Positions 23,366 to 36,600 are shown, counted from the stretch's first letter. The stretch: 64,000 nt of DNA from Azolla caroliniana (GCA_043228905.1 JBHGNT010000003.1:20956001-21020000); one strand, 5' to 3'. Program-made: numbers and translations. Notes: generated by a model from the sequence alone, not told the origin.

Positions 23366-26146
23366 ATGAGTGAAGATTCACCGTTCTCGATTGAAGAATA
23401 TTGTTTGTCATCAGACCCATCATTTTCTACTAAAGAGTATTGTTTGTCAACAGAGTCACCATATTCGATTGAAGAATATTGTCTGTCGACCGACTCACCA
23501 TATTCTATCGAAGAATATTGTCTGAGCTCATCTACAGGGAATGTAAATAATGACACATGTGAAGAGTTCTCTATTGAAGAATACGATATTAATAAAGATA
23601 TCGAGAATGAAGGAAGTCCCCAGGAAACATTGAATAACATTGGCGATGGTCACAACAGAGAATTAGACTGTAACAAGGTTACACCAACCTCTATGCAAGA
23701 AGAGAAATTTGGGAGCCCTATGCATATTAGAAGAATCCCATGAAGAATTCGTCTGGCTAGATTTAGCTTGGTGACATCAGATAAACAGATTGGATTTGAT
23801 GTCAACAAAATATGTTGTGCCCGTGGTTGTATGTCTATGATTGGAAAATCAAAGTTGCGAGAATTAAGGCGATACTATTTTTCGATGACCGGTGATGAGC
23901 AAGACACTTACCTCGGGTCACATATGCAACTAGTATCTGACAAATGTACGGGGATCAAAGTATCATTCGAGTATTATATCTTCCATGCGCAACAGATATG
24001 TAGAGTTGCATTCAAAATTGCGTTATGTGTTAGTAACATGCGGCTACATAGAGTACAACAACGTTTACTTAGCGGGGATCAGATGCTCAATTGTAAAGAG
24101 GTTCCAAGTATGAAAGGTGCAATTGGAAGACTAGCTATTGGCTGGATGAAAACTTACTTTCAGTTAAATTGTGAAGTAATGCCCACTACAGGTAGGATGC
24201 ATCTTTCTGATAATTATACACGTCGGGAAGTTTATGATGTCTATCGATCTGATATGTTGGGCTCACGTAATAAGTCTATCACCTATAGCCAATTCACAAG
24301 ATTATGGAGAGCTCGGTTTTCAAATGTTATTATTCCTCGTAAAGTACGTATGGGGTATTGCTCCATTTGTGCAAATCTTAAAAGTTTGGCTAAAGGTGCA
24401 AAGACATCAATGGAAAAGGATACGAGTAAGAAGTTACTACAAGAGCATCCTGAGGCACAATCCTTTGAACGAAGGAAGGCGATGCATCATAGAGAGAAGT
24501 GTTTGAAGAGGCCCGAACAATACATGTGCTTAATGATAGATGGCATGGACCAGAAGAAGACATGCTTGCCGCATATGCGGAGGCTCCCCAAAGATGTCAA
24601 TGATGAGTGCCTTGTTCAAATGTACTTGGTGGGATGCTTGGCTTATAATAGGTCTGTTCGACCTCACGTCTTCATTACTTACCCCAATGTTCACAATGAT
24701 CCTAACCTAACAGTTACAGTGATTCACCGAGTTTTGATGTCTTGGGGACAACCTTTCCCCCATGTTCTATACATTCAATTGGACAATACTGCTAGAGAGA
24801 ACAAAAATTCAACTGTATTTGGCTATCTAAGTATGTTGGTCAACCTAGAATTGTTTAAGAAAGTGAAAGTCAATTTCCTTTTGGTTGGCCACACACATGA
24901 CCATATAGATCAGATGTTTAGCACATTCTCCAGACAGTTGTCTCGGCATGATGCTTTCACTTTACCTAAACTATTTGATGTCATTTGTGATGCTTATACA
25001 CCACGGCCAAAAGTGTTACACTTGAAGGAGGTATATGACTTTAAGAGATATATATTAGATGGGGGTGGTGGGAATGTTAAAGTGCTTGCTCAGTTAAACA
25101 ATATAAGTTTCAATCACATTTTTTTGATAAAGAAAAATGGAATAAGTGGTTCTACACTTTTGTATGCTAAACAATATTCATCTTCTACAACATGGGAACC
25201 TGAAGGTGGTTGCCAGTTATTACTTTGTATGCCGAGTACAATTGTCCATGGAGCTAAGCAAAGGCCAATTGAGAAGAAAGGACAGTTGCAGAGCGACTTG
25301 GTATCAGAACAAAAACGGTCATGGCTCCAAGCCTTAGAAGAAAAAAGAAAGCATATTGAGGCCGCCAAGAAATATGCCGCACAACAAGACACGTCATGGT
25401 GGGATGTATTTTATAGTGATCAGAAAGAAATTATAGACAATTGTGTATCTGTTGATAATTGGAATTTGGAAACGCCATTCACATGGTCGCTGCAACATGA
25501 TCGCGTAAATAGAAGTCCGGAGCAACTAGTAAATGCGATTAATGACAACTTGGTCCATCCACAAAAAATAGACATTTATGTGGGACCAAGGAAGACCAAA
25601 GCAGCCGAAGCTAGATGGCAAGGAAATTTGCAAGAGCTCACCGCGGGGATGTTGATTGCAACGCCGGCTGATGAGAACTCACATGGCCACCAATTTTGGG
25701 TTGGTAAAATTCTAGAAGTGCTAATGCATGAAATAGAAAACACGATCAAGTCTATAAATGTTCATTGGTACAACACTAGAAGTGCAAATGCTTTTACAGG
25801 TAAGTATACATTGGAGATGATTGAATGCCAAACAAGAAGGGGAGGTAGGAAGAGGAAGCGAAACATTCGTAACACCTCGACCCTTGATATCTCTAATGTG
25901 GATATCATCGTGTACGACTTCACACTTACAAAAGCCGGACGATTAAGGAAGTCAACAATAGATATAATAAAAGAAAAATTACCAGGTCTACAAGGTGGCT
26001 CGAGTCAAAGGCAAACGAGATCTGCTACATATAATCTAGAGTCAAACCATTTGGTTTATGACGAAGATAATGCACTGATTGGTACATCCGAGGATGATGA
26101 GGAGGAATCGTCATTGTATATTAGTTATAGTAGTGATTCTCCGTAA
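23366..26146 (+). pseudogene. Sola-like DDE transposase, copy B (intronless, ~926 aa, single TGA at 23741)
   Basis: N-terminal 13-aa repeats (SIEEYCLS) and Cys motifs CCARGC, ICRVAF, CSIC. Candidate catalytic MIDGMDQ / QLDNTARENKN / FLLVGHTHDHIDQMFS. Copy A has CGA at the stop position. Superfamily assignment is from motif resemblance only. Confidence 0.8.
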
Positions 26147-26505
26147 AGGAGTGATCATGAATGTATATTTGGCTATTAAGTGTAACTACATTCCGCTTGT
26201 AACAAATCGAGTAATATAAAATCATGTGTTTTGAATTCTTATGATTTCTAAAAAATCGTTTCTTATAAAATAACATTGGTTGTAAAGTTTGTGATATAAA
26301 TTGAGAATGTATCTTTTTGAAATTCGTCTTTTTTTAGTTACTTCTAAATCACGAAAATAGTGGATTTTTAACCTTTTTCATAGTATGTTTGAACATGTAT
26401 GATACTGGTATCAATGTGTTTTGTAAAATCATTGAAAAACCCCTAAAATTTCCCTTATCCTTCCATTTATGCGCGATCCTTCCACTTGTGAACGCGAACG
26501 TGTTA

Positions 26506-26650
26506 TTTATCAAACTATGAATCAAAGACAACAAATAGACACTAAACAAACACTTGAGATAAAAGACACTCAACATTTATCAAACTATGAATCAAAGACA
26601 ACATATAGACACTTGAGATAAAAGATACTAAACAAACACTTGAGATATTA
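26506..26650. repeat. Short imperfect tandem duplication (~70 bp)
   Basis: TTTATCAAACTATGAATCAAAGACAACA occurs twice, with CACTTGAGATA repeats. Confidence 0.7.
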
Positions 26651-26892
26651 AAAAACGCCTTCTAAAACAACAATTTTGGTAGTATTTCCATTTAATAAGT
26701 ATTTTCGATATACAATGAGTCATATTTTCGCCATATAGAAATACGTATACAAAAAGTTGACCATAATTACAACATCCATCGTCTACAAAATATAAGACCA
26801 CATTTACAATATCCGCTCGGATACAAATTATATGACCATATTTACAATATCCACCATATACAAATTTTCCGTGGCCATGACAACTATACAAA

Positions 26893-28550
26893 ATTTACAA
26901 TATGGGGCCACCGGTCGCAATTGGAAATCCCAGTACCCTTCGTGCCCACCCTTTGAGTTGAATCCGAAGTGAATTCACTTCAAATTTGGCGAACCACATA
27001 TTTGTGACTTGTCACCAAATATGTATAAGAACACAACTATACAAAATCCACATAATACATCCATTTGCAATCACACTTACAAAAGCCAGAGATATCTATC
27101 CTCGTAAGAACTTCTCGACCAACATCTTTATAGTCTTCATCACGTAAAAGCCACAATCCCAACCATTTGGCTGAGTTGGGATGTGCAATATGTGATGTTG
27201 ACCCTCCAACACAATGGTGTGGTCTAATGGTTCACTAGTATCTGCAAGAGTCCACACAATGCCAATTGCCTCTTTGTTTAGTGGATCGTAGAAGAGTACA
27301 ACACTATTCAACTTAGAAACTTTGTGCCACATCTTTGTACACAACACCCAATGGCCCTCTACCACGATTGGAATGAAGATGAAATCACGCGTGGCCACCT
27401 TCCCGAGGATATCTTTCCCCTTCGTTGTTTGCTTGTGTAGCTGCACCCATAGTGGGTCGACTATGGCGAACCGTTCTAACACCTCATGTGGCAACAAGTA
27501 CTCCATCCACATGGTGTATAATGTCATCGTCCATGTAGATGCCATTTCTTCATCCTTGCACATCGTCTCAAGTTTTGACTTTGTAACATTAACGACGATA
27601 TCAAGTCATGCGTTGGTCAATTGGTACCTGTATACATAGAAACATGCATGCATCATGAATCGAGTCACACTTAATGATGGATAGTAGGATACAAATTGTA
27701 ATCCACAAATCAACGTGTTTGGATCCACGATTTGACGGCCTTGCGTTCTCAATTTGTATCGTGGCCACATTCGGTTCAGCGTCATCTAAATCTGATGTTA
27801 ATGGGACAACATTTGTGTTTGATTTGACCTCCTTCTATCTAACTTGCATTTTCAGTCATCTTCATCTTGGTGGCGTCGACACATCAAATGGGTTTTGAGC
27901 CTCTACCGTATTAGTGGGCACACCACACTCTTCGGTGGATATCCCCGCCTTTTTACATTGTTTCACCACGAATCAACACATATTATTATCTAAATTCTGG
28001 CAATAAACCCTCCAACACTAAAAAAGCATGAAAGGCTCACTCATACTTACATAAGAATCCAATCCTGATGCAATATTCTTCTACAATGTCTCCAACCTTT
28101 CATCCCTTTTGGAGTCATAGATGGCCATCTTGTGCGCCATAAATCTCGCCACAAACGCTACCTTTGTGTCGAGTCAGAGTTCAAATGGAGTGGAGTTGAA
28201 CCTCAAAACAACCCTAACCTTCAACTTCTAGATGTATGATTGTCGATTTCTGTGGTACTTGATTTTGGGGTTCATGAAACGCTTGAGCGATCTCTGGGTC
28301 TCATAGCTATTGAAGCATGCCCTTGGAGTACCCTCCTCCTCCTCTATCTGCATCCCTCATGGCAACACTATGTCAATTCCATGTGCCCTGCGTAAATGTG
28401 TTTCCATGTCACATTTTTTGTGATACCACCTCGGCGAGAGGTGGCAATACTCAGTCACAATACATGCACAATCCTTTTTCCCATTTGTATCTATTCCAAC
28501 CTTATACAACGAGTTTGGGATCTCCCCATTTGTTGTTTATGTTTTAGATA
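26893..28550 (-). pseudogene. C2H2-like zinc finger plus Ulp1/C48 SUMO-protease-like gene, likely transposon cargo
   Basis: FIFIPIVVEGHWVLC...FYDPL...QPNGWDCGFYV (H-D-Q-C catalytic motifs). Upstream CACIVTEYC...HLRRAH segment with stops. Last exon ~27000-26893. Confidence 0.7.
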
Positions 28551-29717
28551 TGCCAGTCCATTCGTTACATAAAGATTGAGATAATACAATGAGACCAAAT
28601 CCACATACCATTTGAGGGAGCATCTTCGTCAATTGATGTTATGCGTTGTATGGGGTTGATCCGAGGATGATGAAGCACTAGTGCCTGATCCATGCACTGG
28701 TAGACATCCGGCTACACAATTTCTCCAATGTCTCCTAACGAAAACCCTTTAACTAATCATTGGTCAGCATACGTGCATCACACGTCATTACCATTAGCAA
28801 TCAAAATTGGTTCATGACATACCTCTCTTCAGTTGGATATATGCCATCGTTATCGGAATCCCACCACTCTTTGTACTTGGACCTGGCAGCCATCTACACA
28901 ATCAAGCATAAGCAAAACCCTAAACATAATCCCGAACCCTAAACCCTTGACGTGAAAATGACAAGTTTTACACCAAAAAAATTAAACCCTAATTCAAGGA
29001 AAAGAAAACATATAGAAATGACGCAAAATCGTAAACATAGTATGAACCATACGTACCATATGTGCATTCACATTCGCGAATGTTTCAATCATTCGTGTAA
29101 GAAAAACACCCTCAAAGAATGATAAATACCATACTTTGGGATTAAAATTGTTTATTATGAGGTAAATAAGCCTAAAAAATTGGAAAAAACAAAAATAAAC
29201 ACAAGAATGTTTGAATAACATTCGCATTCGTTTTCCAACGTAGGAAAACAAATGTTATGCTAGAAGAACATGAATTTTACATACTATGATCGTAAATAAG
29301 AAATCAAACATTTCTTGAACTCAAGGACACCCAATATTATCTTTAATCAAGCAAAGCATTAAACCCTAAACCCTTAATAATCAATAATCAATAAAATAAA
29401 CAGTTTCTAAATAGTTTCTGAAAAATAACCTAATCACTGGATCAAGCCAAACCCTAAACAGTTTCTAAAATCATAATATCAAACCGTACCCAAACCCTAA
29501 TCCCTCGACATGAAAAATTCTTGCACATAATTTTTTTTTGTAGAAAAGTAGAGACAAACATAAATACATACTTGGGAAATATATGGGTGGCTATGGCAGA
29601 TGTGATTAATTGATTTTGTTGACAACTGGCCGCCTGAATCACTTTCCCGGCAAAAAACCTTGTCAATCTCATTTGAAAAAATGAGAGAGAATGACAAGTT
29701 TCAGGGTTTTAAAGTCG

Positions 29718-30202
29718 GCGGTTGGGCGACCAAAAAAATCTGTGGATATATGCGGTTGGGCGATCACAACACTGAATGGGTTGGGAGACCACAATTAAAC
29801 TCGGTTGGGCGACCAAACTTGGATGGCAGGTTGGGCGACCACAATAGGTAGGTTGGGCGACCTCAATTTGTAGGTTGGGCGACAACAATAGGTAGGTTGG
29901 GCGACCGAGGACAACTGTTTTTGGTCGCGTGTTTTATTATTATCCAAATCGGATGGTGCAAATTGCATGCGCCATGCTTCGAGCGACCTGCACTGTCCGT
30001 GGCTGCGATTCCCTCGCCAGCCAATTGAGGTCGCCCAACCACAATAGGTAGGTTGGGCGACCACAAGAAGTAGTTGGGCGACGGGGGACAACTTTTTTTG
30101 GTCGCGCGTTTTATTATTATCCAAAACCGATGGTGCAAATCGCATGCGCCATGATTCGAGCCGACCTGCACCGTCCGTGGCCGCGATTCCCTCGCCAGCC
30201 CT
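29718..30202. repeat. Cluster of GGTTGGGCGACC motifs with a ~190-bp direct duplication, probably a transposon subterminal region
   Basis: About ten copies of (G)GTTGGGCGAC, one inverted at 30029-30040. 29885-30022 is similar to 30043-30200. Confidence 0.7.
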
Positions 30203-30392
30203 ATTTATGATTTTTTGATGTATAACAAACACGTGGATGATGATGAAGATGAAGAAAATGATGATGATGATGATGAGGAGGAGGGCATTTGTTTGAAGAT
30301 TTCCCAAATCATGATATTCATATATGATAAGCCTAGCCCTTTTCTCCCTCTTCTTCTTCTTCTTCTTCTTCTTTTCTCTCCCTATGCCAGAC

Positions 30393-30575
30393 ATGGCTAT
30401 GGTGGGATCTTCAGTGGGAGGCCTCCTTCCAACACAAGGCATGGGTTTCCTTCAACGTAACAAGACTCTGGAATACCCCCTGTTTCTCAATCAATGCAGG
30501 CCCATCCTCAGAAGACCTATGCTTCCTTGCAGAGCTTCCATTGCGGGTGGGCGAAGCCATCCTCTCCCTTCTTCT

Positions 30576-30606
<31 letters not shown>

Positions 30607-33600
30607 GGTAAGTTTTCCAAATGTATTGCCTTCATGCATGCCATATACTGATTGTATAGATTTATGAAGTCTTTTGCAAATTCCACCTCATCGTGATGAT
30701 GGATTTCCTTGCTCTTTTGCCCATTAGACTATACATTAGGTTTCTCAATTTCAACACCATATTTCATTTTTTTCTGTTTACGTGTATGTCTCCCCCTTCA
30801 GAAAAAAGAAAATCATTTTTTAAAAAGGAAAGAAAAGAGTAACATAACAAAACCGACATTAGAAGGGTCATAAAGGGGAAGGTCCTTTTCGAGCAATTAG
30901 CTATGGAATCAACAACCTAGGGGTCATCCTGGATAATTTTCCAGCGCACTGGAGCTTGATCAAACTGCATTTGACATCCTCCTTTTTGAACAATTCACCA
31001 GTGAGGATTAGGGATTCCCTAAAGTATTCTAATGGGAAATTTCCCTTGATCAAACCCCTGTGAATATAGGTGTGACCATACCCAGGATCCTCCTAATGTA
31101 GCTCCAGCATTTCCCTGCTCGACCATACTGCCACTGAGGGGAAATTTTTCCTTTCATCACTCGATCAGCCCACGTGAAAACAGATAGCTTTGTGATGCCT
31201 GATATCTTCCTTGTACACCTGACTGTTCTCTTGGCACCCAATATAGCACTAGGATTTACTTCCTTGAAGCAACTATTGCTGCTGAGTAGAGATTCACCTG
31301 AGCATTCTACTGGGGGATTTTCCCTTTGACAACTTGAACAACCCATGTGAACACGCATATACTCTTCATGTGCCCAATGACCCTAGGGAGAATCGTTCCT
31401 TACTAAAAAGTGGAAAGTTATACTATACTTCCACTCCACCATTTCCTCTCTATGATGGGTGATGGGATCCAGTTGCATGGGCAAAATGGTGACATATTTC
31501 AGGACTGAGTTTTTAATTTTTAAGAGTACATGAAGATTATGTATATTACTTATTTCGAATGTTTCACTCCTTAACGTTTTTCTCTTGGGCCTCTATTAAT
31601 CCTCATCCAAAGAGAAGAGTTTCTTCATACCAAGCCCCAATTATGGTAGTTTGTTTATTCTTTAGCTAGGTGCCATATCCCATTAAGATGTAGTAGCATT
31701 ATGAAAGAAAAATACTGAATACTCTTTCATTCTAGTCTCACGTACCATAAACTTAGGATATAAAAGAGAAGAATTGGGTTAAAATATAATAATTCACATT
31801 TCACCTAAAGAAGAGAATTTGATTGGTTGGATATTATTAAAACACCTTTAACCTTAGTATTCATGAAAATCCAAACTCTTAATGTCCATTTCTCAAGGGA
31901 ACTCTGTTACTATCTATAAGGATGAAGTACATTTCTGAATAAAACCTCTTTAATATCTGTGAGGAACATGGACATAGTTTGAAAGGGGAATGGTGGCCAT
32001 TTCACAGATTGATTAGCTCTGGGATCTATGAGTATGCTAACTTTTGCATTGATACATAATGTATGCAATAACACTTAGTAAACCTGAGCCCAATATTATA
32101 GTTCATGATCAACCTTTGTAATATAACTCATATCTACGTGTTTGTGAGGTTCTTCTATGAATTGAATCAGAGTCGAATTTTACCAGCCAGGATATAGTAT
32201 AGTATAAATTTGTTTTGAAAAAAACAGGGATTACTATAACCCTCAGCCAATTAAGCTTTTGAGGCTTGAGTGGAATGTAAGCCATGTAGTTGATTTGATG
32301 CTGTCTTGGAAACTTGGAATTAAGAGATCACCTATTTAGATAGGCTTTATACATCCATTAGCCAGGCTCTGCATAGTGAAATCAGTGATATTGCACTTCC
32401 TGAGCTCGAAACTAAGAGGCAAGATACAATTACTTTGGGCTACTTCCTTCTTCTTTATTAGTTCTTAAATTAAAATCTTGGTTTATGCGTATGAAGGCAT
32501 GCACTTATCTACCATGATGAGTGTACGGATCTTTCTAAAATATATATCCCATTAGTCTTTATATGATGTAGTAATTGTAGGTACATGATGCGATTGAACA
32601 TGATGTGATTTACACCAGGAGATCAATGGCTATGGACAATGTTTTTGATCCATTAAATCTTGGAGAAAACTTTCCACAAAGAGTTTTCCATGATTGGAGA
32701 GACCTTTTTATTGTTTCCATGGAAGCTTCCAAAGTTCCACAATCTGCTAAATCTGGAAAAGGAGTTGCAGGTATTGTATCTTCTTTGTTCTCAACCAGCC
32801 CTTTATAATTGAAAAACTTGATGCAGGAATTTGAGAAGCATCATTTAATTACCATTCAAATAGTTAATTTTTTGCACTTTAGAACTACATTAGATTATTG
32901 AATATGCTATTGAAAATTTACAGTACCTAAAATCTGATCATGCTCTAAATTATTTAGTTACCACAGAAACATTTGGGGTGAATCTTCACAAAATGGTATT
33001 TTCAAGGGTTTTGGATACTCTTTGGTTAATTATGATTGAGGGATTTGACAGATTCCCCAAATCTTTGAGAATTTCAAAAATTACTAATAATATTATGGTC
33101 TTATGAGATATAAACTCGTGTTATTGACCCTTTGAGTTTTTCACATTTGATCTTGATAATAAACTAGAATATTTTCTTATAAAAAGGATTCTGGAGACAT
33201 TAGACTTCTGTTTATGATTTTGACAGCGGCAATTGAGGACAGTTCTATAGATTTTGGAGATTTTTTCAAGGGACAACTTCCTGGGAAGTTCTTGCAGCTG
33301 CTCGCGTGGCTAGCATTATCACGTGTTGGAACATACATACCACTTGGTGGTGTTGATAGAGCTGCTTTCCAAGGGAGTTTAGACCAAAACAGCCTCTTGG
33401 GCACTCTAGATTCTTTCTCAGGGGGTGGCATTGGTAGGCTTGGTATTTGTTCTCTTGGAATAGTGCCCTTTATCAATGCACAAATTGTATTTCAGCTTCT
33501 TGGGGTGCTATATCCAAAAATTCAAGACCTTCAAAAGAAAGAAGGAGAAGCTGGAAGAAAGAAAGTTCTGCAATGGACTCGATATGCATCAATAGGTTTT

Positions 33601-36600
33601 GCTATTTTCCAGGTACACAAGTTATTTCTGTGTACATACTTTGATAGAAAACAGATTAACATGGCATATGTACTTGGATGAAACGATTAAAATGTTTAGA
33701 TTATATATAGGCTTTGAGTGCCCCTTTATACTTTGATAACGTTAGGATAAATAAAGAATTCTCTTCTTTAAGGATGAGTATTCAACATTATGAGGAATTA
33801 ATTAATCATTGTACCTGAGCTCTTCTTGTTAGAGTTTATCAAATTGTGAAATGTTTTCTCAAGGTTCGTGAAATTTCCATTCATCTTCTTGAGGCATGTC
33901 ATGGGTTTAGTGTTTCAGTGATCGGATGCCTAGAGAGATATGGTTACTTGTGCATTGGAGAAACCAGATAAAAGGAATCTGAAAGTGCAACAAACCATAA
34001 GACCCTAAAAAGAGGTGCTGAAATATAGTTACTTGTACATTGGGGAAACAAGAAAAAAGGAACCTAAAATGCAACAAATCATAAAACCCTAAAATACAAG
34101 AAAAATCAACATGGAAAACAGAACAAGAAAGAAACCATAAAAATATGACATGAATGAAACCATACAATGCAGCAGGAGAAAAACCCTTGCACATGGCAAG
34201 AAACCGTAGCATGCATCAAGAAACCCTGAAATGTAGCAATAAACTCTTAAGTGCAGCAACACAAACCGTAAAACGCAGCAAGAAACCTTAAAATGCACAG
34301 AGAGAGAGATAGAGAGAGGGAGATAGAGAGAGGTTCTGATGCTTTTCCTGATCAGGCAATTGGTCAAATTACATACATACGGCCATATGTCTATGATTTC
34401 AGTGTTGAATGGGCCCTAACTTCAGTATCCTTGCTGACACTTGGTTCTGTCATTACAACATACATTGGAGAGCAAATTTCGGAGCTGAAACTTGGAAATG
34501 GAACTTCCTTCTTAATTTTCACAAATATTGTTTCCTATTTGCCTGCTTCAATCGGCCGCACTGTCATTGAAGCCTTGAATGATGGAAATTATACTGGTTT
34601 GGGTGTCATCATCTCCTCCTTTTTCTTTCTTGTGCTGGGGATTGTATATGTGCAGGTGGTTGTTACCTTAGGGATGATAATATACATTGTATTATCAAAA
34701 TTTTACTCGATGATTCATATTTTTCTTTATTCCTTAATAACAGGAAGCTGAGAGAAAAATACCAATAAACTATGCCTCGAGATACAACTTTGACAAAAGA
34801 GAAGTTGGGAAAGCAGCATATTTACCATTTAAGGTTAGTATAAGTTGAATTTCAGGACAAGTTTAGAAATTAGATTAATACTTTAAACAAGCTTTTTGCT
34901 ATTGAATATGATGATTTAACTTCCCATATATAGAAAGGAATGGAAGGAAGAAATGTGAACAAATCTAAAATGTCATTACAAGCCTTGACAAAGGCTGCAA
35001 CGGTTTATGTTAACTTCGCAGAAGAAAAATGACTTTCTACACTAGTGTCCTTAAATGTGTACACATTTATCTATGCATATGTTGAGGATGGAAAATGTAG
35101 AGTTAGGAAGCAAGGTGAGTTTGTGGTATTGTGATTTGTTTGTGTTTGGGCGTTTAGGCTACCTGTTTATTGTGGAGGTTGATCCAATGCATATATTGAA
35201 GATGGAAAATGTAGAGTTAGGAAGCAAAGTGAGTTTGTGGTATTGTGATTTGATAGTGTTTGGGCATTTAGGCTACCTGTTTATTGTGGAGGTTGATCTA
35301 TCCACAGCTTATTGAGTAAACTTCAGGGAAAATAAGGGCATTGAAAATCTTGGGCATGGCAAGTTTATATGTGTTTCAATGTGGACAATTATATATGATT
35401 ATGATCCCCATGATCTGACATTTCTTCCCTTGTTTGCCATGGAATTGGAATCCTTAGCCAAGGTGATTAGGCCAATCAGATATATACGCTTTGGGAGAAA
35501 GAGGATTAACTTCACATGATTTGGGTGGCATGGATGATTTGTTGATGTGGTAGAACAATGTGTTGAAATGCAATTATGCATCATCCATTATATATCTATT
35601 TACATATAGTCAAGTTCCTGTTACACACCCATAGTATGAGGTCCTTTTGGTATCGCCCAATGGTAGTTACAAGTAGGTTTAAGGTCTAGGTTTTAGAGAA
35701 AAAGAAAGAAAGATATATTAACGTCTTCTAAGACCAAAATTGGCCCATGAGAGAATTGGTTTACAACAAAATGGGATGTGCACCCAATCATCGAAAATAA
35801 AAATTAAATAAAATAAATCTCGGATAAAAGAGTTCTAGTATTGTACAAAACGTGTTATGGTTTAACATATTCTATAAAGGAAATGGCTTTGTGCTAGGCC
35901 TAGTTTCATTTCCATCCAAGTCTCTCGAAAAGGAGCAGGAGGTCAAAGGGTTTCGATGTGGGTGTGGGTCGGGATCCCAATGTAAAAGGTGCCCCAACCA
36001 TAGCTTCTAGGCGGTGTAACTCACTTTCCCTTATCCTCTTAATTGCTTCTACACTGCAAGTTACTTTGAGACCCGGAATCCAATGGTGTTTGGTTGTTCT
36101 TTGGTTTTTTGCTTCAACAAGGGAGAGGCTGAGTGATGCAAGTGTGTCCACATTCATTATCTCCCCGATCCTGAAAATTTTTATTGGTTACATGTTAGTG
36201 AATATTAGAAAGGTTATGGTTAACATTTTGTAGCTTATTCTCTCTATGTTGTTTTAGCTCTAAGATATATCTACCTAGTTTCTTTATATTTGGGGTATCT
36301 AATAGTTTGGAGAGGGTGGGAGAGGGTCCTAATATGTCTAGGTATTTTGCCCTTATCTCGGCGTAAGTTGGACACTTGCATGTAAGGTGATATTCATCCT
36401 CTATTTGTATGTGACATAATCTACATATCCTTTTCTCTTTGCGGACTCCATTAGTACGACCATTCTCAATCTCAAGTTGGTGAGATTGCCAATGGCAGCC
36501 CTTAGTGCACTTGGTAAGAATGTATCTAAATATTTTGGTCATCTAATAAAACCTAAATTAGAGAAGTGCATGAAGTGTTCCTTATAGTGCAACATTTTAG

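Larger units (their letters stand above)
11270..26504. mobile_element. Large inverted-repeat DNA-transposon structure; arms 11270-18516 and 19374-26504 around an 857-bp spacer
   Basis: Arms are reverse complements from terminus AACACGTTCGCGTTCA(A/C)AAGTGGAAGGATC to ...GGTTGTTGAATCTAT. Each arm carries a transposase and a ParB-methyltransferase gene. Confidence 0.9.

Noticed and set aside
11270-26504. Fold-back assembly or library artefact
   Set aside because: The arms differ by many substitutions, indels, private stops and repeat copy numbers. An artefact would give near-identical arms.
30850-31450. Possible LINE ORF2 C-terminal remnant in SCY1 intron 1
   Set aside because: Only vague similarity with no diagnostic motif, so not called.
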